Source: Candidatus Electronema halotolerans | GTDB taxonomy: Bacteria; Desulfobacterota; Desulfobulbia; Desulfobulbales; Desulfobulbaceae | NCBI GenBank assembly: GCA_942493095.1 | Contig: OW818675.1 | Coordinates: 540,001-572,000, forward strand | DNA: 32,000 nucleotides | Reading direction: 5' to 3' | Shown: one piece after another, positions 18,444 to 27,195 of the stretch | Position numbering within the stretch: the first letter of the stretch is position 1 | How the letters are laid out: the number at the start of each line of letters is the position of its first letter | Translations under genes and position numbers: made by a program | The notes under the pieces: model-generated | Told to the model about the DNA's origin: nothing | Databases searched by the model: none | The model's input: the letters and a program-made list of their open reading frames with translations, nothing else

Positions 18444-18903
18444 ACTGTTCATGTTCATCGCCACGGGCGCATACAGCGGCTATCTGCCCAAAGCCCCCGG
18501 CACCTGGGGTTCTGTGGCCGGAGTCCTGCTCTGGCTGGCACTGGCCCGGCTTGATCTTGTCAGCTATTCAGCAGTGCTGACCGTGCTCTTTGTCATCGGC
18601 ACCATAGCCTCTGGCGCGGCGGAAAAGATTCTTGATCAAGCCGACCCCGGCATTGTCGTGATTGACGAAATCGTCGGCCAGCTCATCACCCTGTTTCTGG
18701 CCCCGCTCCATCCCCTGACCGCACTGGCAGGTTTTGCCCTGTTCCGCTTTTTCGACATTCTCAAACCCTTTCCAGCGGGCTGGCTTGACCGCCATATTCA
18801 CGGCGGCTTAGGCATCATGCTTGATGATGTGGCCGCCGGGCTGATGGCCTTGGCTGTGCTCCAAGCAGGCATCTGGCTCTGCGGGCAGGCTGGTTTGCTC
18901 TGA
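18436..18903 (+). CDS. pgpA: Phosphatidylglycerophosphatase A
   Basis: 'GAYSGYLPKAPGTWGSVAGVLLWL', 'DPGIVVIDEIVGQLITL', 'FRFFDILKPFPAGWLDRHIHGGLGIMLDDVAAG'. Overlaps the larC 3' end by 8 nt. Confidence 0.93.
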   Translation: MDKLFMFIATGAYSGYLPKAPGTWGSVAGVLLWLALARLDLVSYSAVLTVLFVIGTIASGAAEKILDQADPGIVVIDEIVGQLITLFLAPLHPLTALAGFALFRFFDILKPFPAGWLDRHIHGGLGIMLDDVAAGLMALAVLQAGIWLCGQAGLL

Positions 18904-18905
18904 CC

Positions 18906-19940
18906 TCACCACTCAATCCCCAGCATCACTGAGTTGATCCCGGAGCCAATGCCGAGCAGGGCCGCCTTTTGGCCGCTCTTGAGCATCCCCTTCTCAAGGC
19001 CCATTGCCATCGTGATTGGCGCGGAAACAGAACCAACATTGCCAAGCACAGACAGCGTTTCAAAATTGCGCTCCTGATGTAGCTCCAAGGCGGCAAAGAG
19101 CTGCCGGGCATGGGCTTGGCCGACCTGATGGCAAAAAAAACGGTCAATGCTGTCCTTGTTCCAGCCGGTCTCCTTGATAAAATCCTGCCAGCACGAAGCT
19201 GCGGTTTCAATCCCGCTGACCAAGAGCAGCTCCGCGTCTGTGGACATCAAGGTGTCCTGCTCCGCATTCTGGCCGCCGTGACAGAGATTGTTGTGGCGGG
19301 TGTTGGCCCGGCAGGCTCCGCCCAGCAGCCGGTGGCCAGAGTCCTGCACTTTCCGGGAACCCATGACCAAGGCCACAGCCCCGGAGCCGATAGTCAGGGA
19401 GGCAAAAGCAGGCTTGATCGTCTTCCGGGTCAGGGTCTCATCGGTAAGAAGCTGCTGGATCGTGGAGCGGATCAGGTCTTCGGCGGTTTCGCTGGCCACG
19501 ATCAGGCCGTAACGAGCTTGGCCCAGCTCGATCATGTTGGCCAGCATCAGCATGCCGTTGATGAAGCCAAGACAGGCATTGGAAATGTCAAATATCTGGC
19601 AATGATCCGGCAGGCCGAGGCTGTGATGGACAAAGGAGGCTGTGGCCGGCTCCATCATGTCCCGGCTTACGGACGTGAAGACCATGAAGTCAATGTCCGA
19701 GGCGGCCAGTCCGGAGGCGAGCAGAGCCTTTCTGCCAGCCAGCACTGCCCCGTGGCTGGGCAGCGTGCCTGCATCCCAGTAGCGGCGGCTGCGGATGCCG
19801 CTCATCAGTTCCAAGCGGCCTTCTGGCAGCTTGAGGCGTTCATAGACTGGAGCAAGCTGCTGCTCAAGGTCGGCTGAGGTGACAACATTGGGCGGCAGTT
19901 CATAACCAAAGCTGTGCAGACAGACGCGGGAATATTTCAT
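18906..19940 (-). CDS. 3-oxoacyl-ACP synthase III / OleA-like thiolase-superfamily enzyme
   Basis: Minus strand. Active-site Cys context 'DISNACLGFINGMLMLANMI', His context 'FFCHQVGQAH', Asn context 'LGNVGSVSAPI'. Start chosen at MKYSRVCLHSFG; 19979 is the alternative. Confidence 0.87.
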   Translation of the reverse strand: MKYSRVCLHSFGYELPPNVVTSADLEQQLAPVYERLKLPEGRLELMSGIRSRRYWDAGTLPSHGAVLAGRKALLASGLAASDIDFMVFTSVSRDMMEPATASFVHHSLGLPDHCQIFDISNACLGFINGMLMLANMIELGQARYGLIVASETAEDLIRSTIQQLLTDETLTRKTIKPAFASLTIGSGAVALVMGSRKVQDSGHRLLGGACRANTRHNNLCHGGQNAEQDTLMSTDAELLLVSGIETAASCWQDFIKETGWNKDSIDRFFCHQVGQAHARQLFAALELHQERNFETLSVLGNVGSVSAPITMAMGLEKGMLKSGQKAALLGIGSGINSVMLGIEW

Positions 19941-20175
19941 AAGGATATGCGATTCAAAGAGAAGTTGAATTTTTTGCAACTGCTTGCTCTCAGGCGACAG
20001 CGACAGGTCTGTCCGAAAAAAGATCAGGCAGTGAAATGCTTCCAGACGATCAGGCTGCGCAACCCGCCTCAGTGTCAGGGCAGGCGTCGGGAGTGTCTTT
20101 CATGCCATCTTTTTAACATAGCTGGATTCAAGTGACAAGCGCATAACCCATCGGTGAATCTGTTCAATTCCCCCC

Positions 20176-21945
20176 TCAACCAACTGCTGCGTTGCAGACA
20201 GCTTTTCCTCTCGCGCTGCCAATGAGAAACTGGGTGTAGGAATGTGCAGGCTGTTCCAGCACCTGCGAGGCTGGGCCGCATTCGACCAGCCCGCCTTTGA
20301 GCAGCACTCCGACCTGGTCGCTGATCTTGCGGGCCAAGGCCAAGTCATGGGTGACAAAGAGCATGGCCAAGCCCAGCTCGGTTTGCAGGTGGAGGAGCAG
20401 CTTGAGCACCTTGGCTTGAACGCTGGGATCAAGGGAGCTGGTCGGCTCGTCAGCGATGAGCAGGGAGGGCTTGAGAATCAGGGCGCGGGCAATGCTCAGA
20501 CGTTGGAGCGCGCCCATGTTGAGCTGCCACGGATGCTGGCGGAGAAAGGCATCATCATCAGGCAGATGCACCTGCGCGAGCACCTCATAGACCCGCTCAA
20601 TATGAATGACCTTGTTGACAATGCCATGAATTTTGAGCGGCTCAGTGAGAATGTCAAAAACAGTGAAACGGTGGCTGAAGGCTTCAGACTGGTTCTGATG
20701 GACCACGCCGATTCGCCGGGCCAGTGATTTGTAATCGCTGCGAATCCACTTGTCCATATCCTTGCCGTCAAACAAGCGGCTGCCGCTGTCCGGCTGGAGC
20801 GCGCCTGCGGCAATCATGGACAAGGTTGACTTGCCGGAGCCGGTCTCGCCGATCAGGGCAAAGACCTCGCCCGCCCGGATGGTCAGATCAAGCGGATGCA
20901 GTGCTTGGACATCTTGATACGCCTTGCTCACTCCTTTCAATTCCAGCAGATTGACTATGCCGTGGCGCAGGCAGCGCACCGTGTGCTCTGCCGCAGGCAG
21001 CAGGTCAGGCTGCTCGCTGGTGCAGAGTTCAATGCTCTGGGTACAGCGGTCAGCAAAAAGACAGCCGGGCGGACGCAGGGGAATGCCGTCCTGCCGGGCC
21101 AAGACCGCAGGCAGGGCTGCCAAGTCAGCGGTGCGGCGCAGGGACTCGCCCCGGATGCCGCCCAAGTCTCTGGCCCGCGTCATGTCCGGGCAGGCCCGGC
21201 CCAAGGCCATTGTATAGGGATGCTTGGGCAGGGTGAGCAGTTTGGCCGAGGGCAGCCGCTCCATGATCTGGCCGGAATAGAGCACTGCCGCCTGATCCGA
21301 GTGCTGGGCCGCAAATTCCAAGTCATGGGTGATCAGCAGCACTGCCTTGCCTTGGGCCGTGCTTTCGCGGATGACCTCAGCCACCAGCAGCTTGGTTGCC
21401 GCGTCCAGATTGGAGGTCGGCTCGTCAAGCATCAGCACCTTGGGGTCAAGAATCAGAGCCATTGCCAAGAAGGTGCGCTGCACTTGGCCGCCGCTCAACT
21501 GATGCGGGCAACGGTGCTGTTCCCGTTCCTCAAGACCGAGCCGGGCCAGCAGCCTGCCTGCCTTTGCCAGAGCTTCCTTGCGCTCCGTCTTGGTCCGGCA
21601 AAGCAGCGGTTCGGCCACCTGATCGAGGATCGGATGCACGGGATTGAGGTTGCCTGTGCCGTTTTGAAAGGCCATTGCCACCTGAAACCAGCGCAGACGA
21701 TTGACGGCCTCCGGGTCGCGGTAATCAACAGTTTCGCCGTTCAGTTTGATGTCACCGCCAAGGATCGTGCTTTTGGGCAGCAGACCAAGACAGGCCAAGG
21801 CCAAGGTTGATTTGCCAGACCCGGACTCGCCGATCAAAGCCGTGCAGGTGCCGGGGGCAAGCTCCAAGTCAACCTCGTCCAAGGCATGGATCAGGGCGTG
21901 CTCATTACGGTAGATGACAGACAGCTTTTCGACAGTCAGGCTCAT
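20176..21945 (-). CDS. Fused dual-ATPase ABC transporter protein (OppD/OppF or DppD/DppF-like), second signature motif degenerate
   Basis: Two NBDs. Walker A GESGSGKST and GETGSGKST; Walker B VLMLDEPTS and LLIADEPTS; H-loops LLITHD and LFVTHD. Signature is LSGGQVQR in NBD1 and LNMGALQR in NBD2. Confidence 0.92.
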   Translation of the reverse strand: MSLTVEKLSVIYRNEHALIHALDEVDLELAPGTCTALIGESGSGKSTLALACLGLLPKSTILGGDIKLNGETVDYRDPEAVNRLRWFQVAMAFQNGTGNLNPVHPILDQVAEPLLCRTKTERKEALAKAGRLLARLGLEEREQHRCPHQLSGGQVQRTFLAMALILDPKVLMLDEPTSNLDAATKLLVAEVIRESTAQGKAVLLITHDLEFAAQHSDQAAVLYSGQIMERLPSAKLLTLPKHPYTMALGRACPDMTRARDLGGIRGESLRRTADLAALPAVLARQDGIPLRPPGCLFADRCTQSIELCTSEQPDLLPAAEHTVRCLRHGIVNLLELKGVSKAYQDVQALHPLDLTIRAGEVFALIGETGSGKSTLSMIAAGALQPDSGSRLFDGKDMDKWIRSDYKSLARRIGVVHQNQSEAFSHRFTVFDILTEPLKIHGIVNKVIHIERVYEVLAQVHLPDDDAFLRQHPWQLNMGALQRLSIARALILKPSLLIADEPTSSLDPSVQAKVLKLLLHLQTELGLAMLFVTHDLALARKISDQVGVLLKGGLVECGPASQVLEQPAHSYTQFLIGSARGKAVCNAAVG

Positions 21946-22548
21946 GCGTCAAGAACTCCGATGTGATTTTTTCCCGATAGTAAAGAGCGGAATGCAGTCA
22001 CTGTACAGGATGTCTGCCGCCCGGACAAGAAGGCAAATAGCTGTTGCGACCGGGCAAAGCAAGTGCTTTTGTATTATTATATTTTAATAACAAGATATTG
22101 CGTTGGCTCGCCTGAATAGCACCACAGATCGGCATGTTCAGCTCCGCTCAACCGCCTCAAGGTGATGAAACGGCCCGGTTGGGTTGGCGGAAAATATCCA
22201 TGCAATTTTTTGCCGCTATGGTACATTAACTGATTCAAACTAAATCTGTGCGAACGCTGCCGCAAAACAGAGGAGAAAAGAATAAACCATATCCATATTT
22301 CATCAAAAAAATTTCCTTTTCTGGATATATCGAAACCATTTTTCTTGATTTCATTTCGTTTTTTACTATGCGTCCTGACTGCCGCATCTTGGACATTGCA
22401 CAGCTTTTTCTCCATGTTTGTTTTTTTCATAAGAACGGTGTGACATCTTTCATTAGCATGCTATCTATTTTCAATAGATTTTCAATCCGTTCCTCACAGT
22501 TCACCATTGCCCGCGAATCAAAACAACCAACCTGATGACTGACAACGC

Positions 22549-23187
22549 ATGGACATAAATCAATATATTATCAAGTTTCTGCTTCTCGCGCCGCCTTTTC
22601 TTTTTGCCCTGACCTTTCATGAGCTGGCCCACGGCTGGGTTGCCTGGCGGCTCGGCGACCCCACGGCCAAGGACGCAGGCCGGCTGACCATGAATCCGAT
22701 CAAGCACATTGATCCGCTCGGCGCAATCGCCTTCATCATCATGCAGATTGGCTGGGCCAAGCCGGTGCCGGTCAATCCCGTCTATTTCCGCAACCCGCAC
22801 CAAGGAATGCTCAAAGTGGCTCTGGCCGGGCCGGGCGCAAACCTGCTGCTGGCCGTGGTCAGCGCAGTGCTGGTTAAAATTCTGTTCAACCTGCCGCTTT
22901 CTCCTTCTTCTTCGCCACTTCTGCTTGATCTGCTCCAACCCATCGTGCAAATGCTGTATGCCTCAGTCTGGATCAACGTCATGCTGGCCGTGTTCAACAT
23001 CCTGCCCATACCGCCTTTGGACGGCTCCAAAGTGCTGATGGGTTTGCTGCCGCCGGACGCGGCCCGCAGCTACGCCCTTATGGAACCTTACGGCTTTGTT
23101 CTGCTGATCGTGCTCTTTTACATGGGCATCATCAGCAAAGTGATCATGCCGATCATTCAGTTCAGCACAGACCTGCTCCTGCGATGA
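22549..23187 (+). CDS. Site-2 protease family (M50) membrane metalloprotease
   Basis: 'FLFALTFHELAHGWVAWRLGD' (HExxH) and 'VFNILPIPPLDGSKVL' (NPxxPLDG-like second motif). Polytopic, 212 aa. Confidence 0.92.
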   Translation: MDINQYIIKFLLLAPPFLFALTFHELAHGWVAWRLGDPTAKDAGRLTMNPIKHIDPLGAIAFIIMQIGWAKPVPVNPVYFRNPHQGMLKVALAGPGANLLLAVVSAVLVKILFNLPLSPSSSPLLLDLLQPIVQMLYASVWINVMLAVFNILPIPPLDGSKVLMGLLPPDAARSYALMEPYGFVLLIVLFYMGIISKVIMPIIQFSTDLLLR

Positions 23188-23240
23188 AGGCTGCCCTTTT
23201 CTGACTTGTGGAATACGTGTAAAACAGGTAGGCTGTCCGC

Positions 23241-25934
23241 ATGATGACACTTCTTCCCAAGACCGTCTTTCTCATCGACGGCAGCGCGTACATCCACCGG
23301 GCTTTCCATGCGGTCAAGCCCCTGCATACGGCCAGCGGCCTGCCCACTCATGCGGTCTATGGCTTTATCAGCATCCTGCGCCGCATCCTGCGCGAGCGGC
23401 AGCCGGAATATCTTGCGGTTGCCTTTGACAGCAAGGGGCCAGTCTTTCGGCATAAGATTGCAGCAGATTACAAAGCCAACCGTCCTTCCATGCCAGAGGA
23501 GCTGGCTGTGCAGATGCCCTATATCCGCCGCATCACTGAAGCCTACAACATCTTGACCCTGGCCCAGACAGGGCTGGAGGCGGATGACTTGATCGCCTCA
23601 GCCGCCCGGCAGCTCTTGGTCCAAGGCTGCAAGGTGATCATTGTATCCGGCGACAAAGATCTGCTTCAGTTGGTTTCGGATGATCTTACGGTCTGGGATC
23701 CGATGAGCGACAAGGTCATGGACGCTGCGGCAGTGGAGGAAAAGTACGGCCTGCCGCCGAGTCGTCTGCGCGACTATTTTGCTCTGACCGGTGACAGCTC
23801 AGACAACATCCACGGGGTGCCGGGCGTTGGGCCGAAGACCGCCCAGAAGCTGATGCAGGAACATGAGACATTGGAAGGGCTGTACGCGCAGGTTGAGACG
23901 CTGAAAACATCCAAGGTTAAAGAAAATCTGATAGAACACCGGGAAGCCGCCTTTCTTTCCCGCGAACTGGTGCGACTGGACGAGCAGGCCGAGGTTGAAG
24001 CCGAGCTGGACAAGTACCGGGTGACTGCGCCCAAGACCGAGGAACTGCGCACCCTGCTGACAGAGCTGGAGTTTTTCACCCTGCTGAAAACAGATGTGCC
24101 AACAGCGACAATGAGCACAGCAGGCTTTGCCTTGGTCAACAGCCGGGAGGAGCTGGCCCGGCTGGCTGAGGAGCTGCGGCAGGCCGAGCACTTGGTCATT
24201 GACACGGAAACCAGCTCGCTTGATCCGCTGACTGCCGAGCTGGTCGGCCTCTCCCTTTGCACGGATACTGAGCAGGCTTGGTATCTGCCCTGCGGCCACC
24301 GCGACCTGCATGGCCAGCTCCTGCCAAACCAGCTTGAGCGGCAAGATATTCTCGAATTGATCGGCCCGCTGTTGACTGATGCCGCCCGCCCCAAGATCGG
24401 CCATAATCTCAAGTATGATTATGCGATCTTAGCTGCCCCGCAGAATGGCGGGCTGCGGCTGGCAGGGCCGCTCTTTGACAGCATGATCGGGGCTTGGCTG
24501 CTGGAACCGGGCCGTCATTCCTACAAGCTGGATGATCTTTGCCAAGAGCTGGGCTTCAAGTTGACCGCCTTCACGGAGGTGGTTGCAGGTGATAAAGCGG
24601 CAGATGCGTTCTGCCGGGTGCCGTTGGCAAAAGCCTGCGATTATTCTTGCGAGGATGTGCATGCCAGCTTGCGCCTCATTTTGGAGCAGCGACCTGAGCT
24701 GGAGCGGCAGGGAATCTGGCAGCTCTTTGCTGACATCGAAGCACCGCTGATTCCAGTGCTCGCCGACATGGAGCACAGCGGCATCTTGGTGGATCAGGAG
24801 TTGCTGGGCCAACTTTCCAAGGAACTCGCTGATCAGCTCGGCCTGCTGGAAGAGGAAATCTATCGGCTGGCCGGGCATCCTTTCAACATTAGCTCACCCC
24901 AGCAGCTTGCCGAAGTGCTCTTTGAGGAACTGCAACTGCCCAAGGGCCGCAAGACCAAGACCGGCTATTCCACAGATGTCCGGGTGCTGGAAAAGCTGGC
25001 TTGGCGGCACGAACTGCCTGCCCTGATTCTCCGTTACCGCAACTTGGCCAAGCTCAAATCTACTTACGTTGACCGGCTGCCAGAGCATGTCAGCAAGGTC
25101 AGCGGGCGGATTCACAGCTCCTTCAACCAATGCGGCACTGCCACAGGCAGACTCAGCTCCAGCAATCCGAATCTGCAAAACATCCCCATCCGCACTGAGG
25201 AAGGCCGCCGCATCCGGGCCGCCTTTGTCGCCCAAGAGGGCTGCCTGCTCGTTTCAGCCGACTATTCCCAGATTGACCTGCGCGTTTTGGCGCATTACTG
25301 CCAAGACCCGGCCCTGCTCGCCGCCTTCCGCAGCAACGAGGATATTCACGGCCAGACAGCGGCAGAACTCTTCCGGGTTGCGCCTGCGCTGATCACCCCG
25401 GAAATGCGCCGAATTGCCAAGAGCATCAACTTTGGCATTGTCTATGGCATGTCCAGCTTTGGCCTGTCTGAGCAACTCGGCATCAGCCGCCGCGAGGCCC
25501 AGAACTTTATTGACCGCTACTTTGAGCAGTATCCGGGCATCAAGCAATTTATGGAATCGGTGATCGAGCAGGCCCGCGAGGACGGCTATGTCAGCACTCT
25601 GCTGGGCAGGCGCAGACGGCTGCCAGAAATCAAGGCTGCCAACCGCACCCGGCGCGAGTTTGCTGAACGCACCGCGATCAACACCCCGATTCAGGGCACT
25701 GCCGCAGACATCATCAAACTTGCCATGCTCAAAGCGCATGAGGAGCTGAGGAACAGAGCACTGCGCACCAAGCTGCTCTTGCAGATTCACGATGAGCTGG
25801 TTTTTGAGGTGCCGGAGGATGAGCTTGAGACCATTTCCGCCTTGATTGTGCCGCTGATGGAGTCAGTGCTGCCCTTGGATGTGCCGCTGCAAGTCAATGC
25901 CCGGACAGGGCGGCAGATGGATAAAGGAGAGTGA
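23241..25934 (+). CDS. polA: DNA polymerase I (5' nuclease, 3'-5' exonuclease, polymerase)
   Basis: 'FLIDGSAYIHRAFHA', 'GDSSDNIHGVPGVGPKTAQKL', exo 'LVIDTETSSLDP', palm 'SADYSQIDLRVLAHY', O-helix 'RRIAKSINFGIVYGMSSFGL', 'QIHDELVFEVPEDE'. Confidence 0.98.
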   Translation: MMTLLPKTVFLIDGSAYIHRAFHAVKPLHTASGLPTHAVYGFISILRRILRERQPEYLAVAFDSKGPVFRHKIAADYKANRPSMPEELAVQMPYIRRITEAYNILTLAQTGLEADDLIASAARQLLVQGCKVIIVSGDKDLLQLVSDDLTVWDPMSDKVMDAAAVEEKYGLPPSRLRDYFALTGDSSDNIHGVPGVGPKTAQKLMQEHETLEGLYAQVETLKTSKVKENLIEHREAAFLSRELVRLDEQAEVEAELDKYRVTAPKTEELRTLLTELEFFTLLKTDVPTATMSTAGFALVNSREELARLAEELRQAEHLVIDTETSSLDPLTAELVGLSLCTDTEQAWYLPCGHRDLHGQLLPNQLERQDILELIGPLLTDAARPKIGHNLKYDYAILAAPQNGGLRLAGPLFDSMIGAWLLEPGRHSYKLDDLCQELGFKLTAFTEVVAGDKAADAFCRVPLAKACDYSCEDVHASLRLILEQRPELERQGIWQLFADIEAPLIPVLADMEHSGILVDQELLGQLSKELADQLGLLEEEIYRLAGHPFNISSPQQLAEVLFEELQLPKGRKTKTGYSTDVRVLEKLAWRHELPALILRYRNLAKLKSTYVDRLPEHVSKVSGRIHSSFNQCGTATGRLSSSNPNLQNIPIRTEEGRRIRAAFVAQEGCLLVSADYSQIDLRVLAHYCQDPALLAAFRSNEDIHGQTAAELFRVAPALITPEMRRIAKSINFGIVYGMSSFGLSEQLGISRREAQNFIDRYFEQYPGIKQFMESVIEQAREDGYVSTLLGRRRRLPEIKAANRTRREFAERTAINTPIQGTAADIIKLAMLKAHEELRNRALRTKLLLQIHDELVFEVPEDELETISALIVPLMESVLPLDVPLQVNARTGRQMDKGE

Positions 25935-25937
25935 GCT

Positions 25938-26777
25938 ATGCTGCCAACGGCAAATCCGTTTCCGGGAAGCACAGTCACTTTGCTGGGCAGCACCACTACG
26001 TATGAACCAAGCGGCCTTGCGCTTGCCAAGGGCAAACTTTATTTGGCAAGTGATGACGGATACATTTATCTGTATGACCATGCAGACAATGCGTGGCATG
26101 AGGTCTTTGCTGACAAAGGTGCGGACTTTGAATCTCTCACATATAGCAAAGGCAAATTGATGGCTGGTGTGGAGAAAAACAAAGAGCCTGAAATAGTACG
26201 GCTGGCAGCAAGCAGTGACGGTTCCCTGCGCAAGACAAGCTCTTGGATTTTGGAACTTCCCAAAGGAGTGAATGCAGGAGACATGGAGGCTATGACCTTT
26301 GTTCCTGAAGAGTATTGTCCGTTTGGCAGAGCCAAACATTACGGCGGCTTCTTTTTTGCCGCCTTCCAAAGCTGTTTGGGTAAAATTTTTGTTTACGACC
26401 TGCCAAAGGGAAAAGGCAGAAGAGGAATAACTGGCAACAAACCGATATGCGCATACACTGTTGCTGTCAGGATGGCAGCATCTGATATGTGCTTTGCCAA
26501 CGGTGTGCTGTATGTGCTGTTTGATGACAACGTGACTACAAATATTCTTGCCGCCTGCACCACGCATCGAAAGGAAGAGAAATTGACGCTGCAAAAACAG
26601 TACGGCCTGCCAAAAGAAAATGGCTCCAGCAGCAATTACGAAGGACTTGCTGTTGACGGACAGACCATTTATCTATCCAGAGATGACAATGCCAAGCCTG
26701 CTGACAATGCCGTTTATTACTGTCCGTCAACCTCCATCTTCCCTGAAGGGGATTTGCCTTCGCAAAATTGTGATTGA
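25938..26777 (+). CDS. Uncharacterised predicted beta-propeller-like protein
   Basis: 279 aa. Repeated short Gly/Asp strand pattern ('YEPSGLALAKGKLYLASDDGYIYLYD', 'FESLTYSKGKLMAG', 'NYEGLAVDGQTIYLSRDDNA'). No apparent signal peptide. RBS-like AAAGGAGAG inside the polA 3' end. Confidence 0.7.
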   Translation: MLPTANPFPGSTVTLLGSTTTYEPSGLALAKGKLYLASDDGYIYLYDHADNAWHEVFADKGADFESLTYSKGKLMAGVEKNKEPEIVRLAASSDGSLRKTSSWILELPKGVNAGDMEAMTFVPEEYCPFGRAKHYGGFFFAAFQSCLGKIFVYDLPKGKGRRGITGNKPICAYTVAVRMAASDMCFANGVLYVLFDDNVTTNILAACTTHRKEEKLTLQKQYGLPKENGSSSNYEGLAVDGQTIYLSRDDNAKPADNAVYYCPSTSIFPEGDLPSQNCD

Positions 26778-26801
26778 TACGCGCCGACTGCAAGAACGCA
26801 T

Positions 26802-26837
26802 TGCCGGAAGAAGAGCCTTTCCGCTCTTCTTCCGGCA
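26802..26837. terminator. Perfect 15-bp hairpin between convergent genes (likely bidirectional terminator or mRNA-stabilising stem)
   Basis: TGCCGGAAGAAGAGC (26802-26816), CTTTCC loop, GCTCTTCTTCCGGCA (26823-26837). Not followed by a long T-tract on either strand. Confidence 0.7.
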
Positions 26838-26844
26838 GGTGCTC

Positions 26845-27090
26845 TCAGGCGCGCTTGTTGAAAAAGAGGATGATGCCGCTGATGGTCACGGACAGCAGGC
26901 CAAGGGCGAGAATCATGCCGATGTATGGAGCGATGATCTCCCACGTGTGCAGAGCAACGGCCAATTCCTTGGCCTCCTTGCCGTACAGATCAGACTTTCT
27001 GAACAGCAGGAACGCGCCGCTGCAAGCAGCAAAAATGAACAGCGGCGAAAAGGTGATTGCGCAGAACCTATGGAACTTTCTGACCTTCAT
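26845..27090 (-). CDS. Small membrane protein, PepSY-associated TM-like
   Basis: 81 aa 'MKVRKFHRFCAITFSPLFIFAACSGAFLLFRK...IAPYIGMILALGLLSVTISGIILFFNKRA'. Two predicted TM segments, with GGAGGAAAC just upstream of the start on the minus strand. Confidence 0.65.
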   Translation of the reverse strand: MKVRKFHRFCAITFSPLFIFAACSGAFLLFRKSDLYGKEAKELAVALHTWEIIAPYIGMILALGLLSVTISGIILFFNKRA

Positions 27091-27195
27091 GTTTCCTCCT
27101 CTTTGGTGAAAAATATTTTTCGGCAATGCGCCGGGACTGCTATTTTGTAGCATCTGCTGGTGGAGAAGTAAACCCAAAAAAGACGGCGACAAACT

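Noticed and set aside
19110-21810. Long + strand ORFs of 255, 161 and 304 aa opposite the KAS III-like and ABC genes
   Set aside because: Antisense shadows of well-supported minus-strand genes. No recognisable domains.
22077-22535. Small ORFs of 117 aa (-) and 95 aa (+) in the AT-rich gap
   Set aside because: No family resemblance, no convincing ribosome-binding site, and they overlap each other on opposite strands. Not reported as CDS.
27091-27195. SAM-type riboswitch upstream of metX
   Set aside because: The gap is only about 105 nt and I could not recognise conserved SAM-I, SAM-II or SAH riboswitch elements. A cmscan would be needed.
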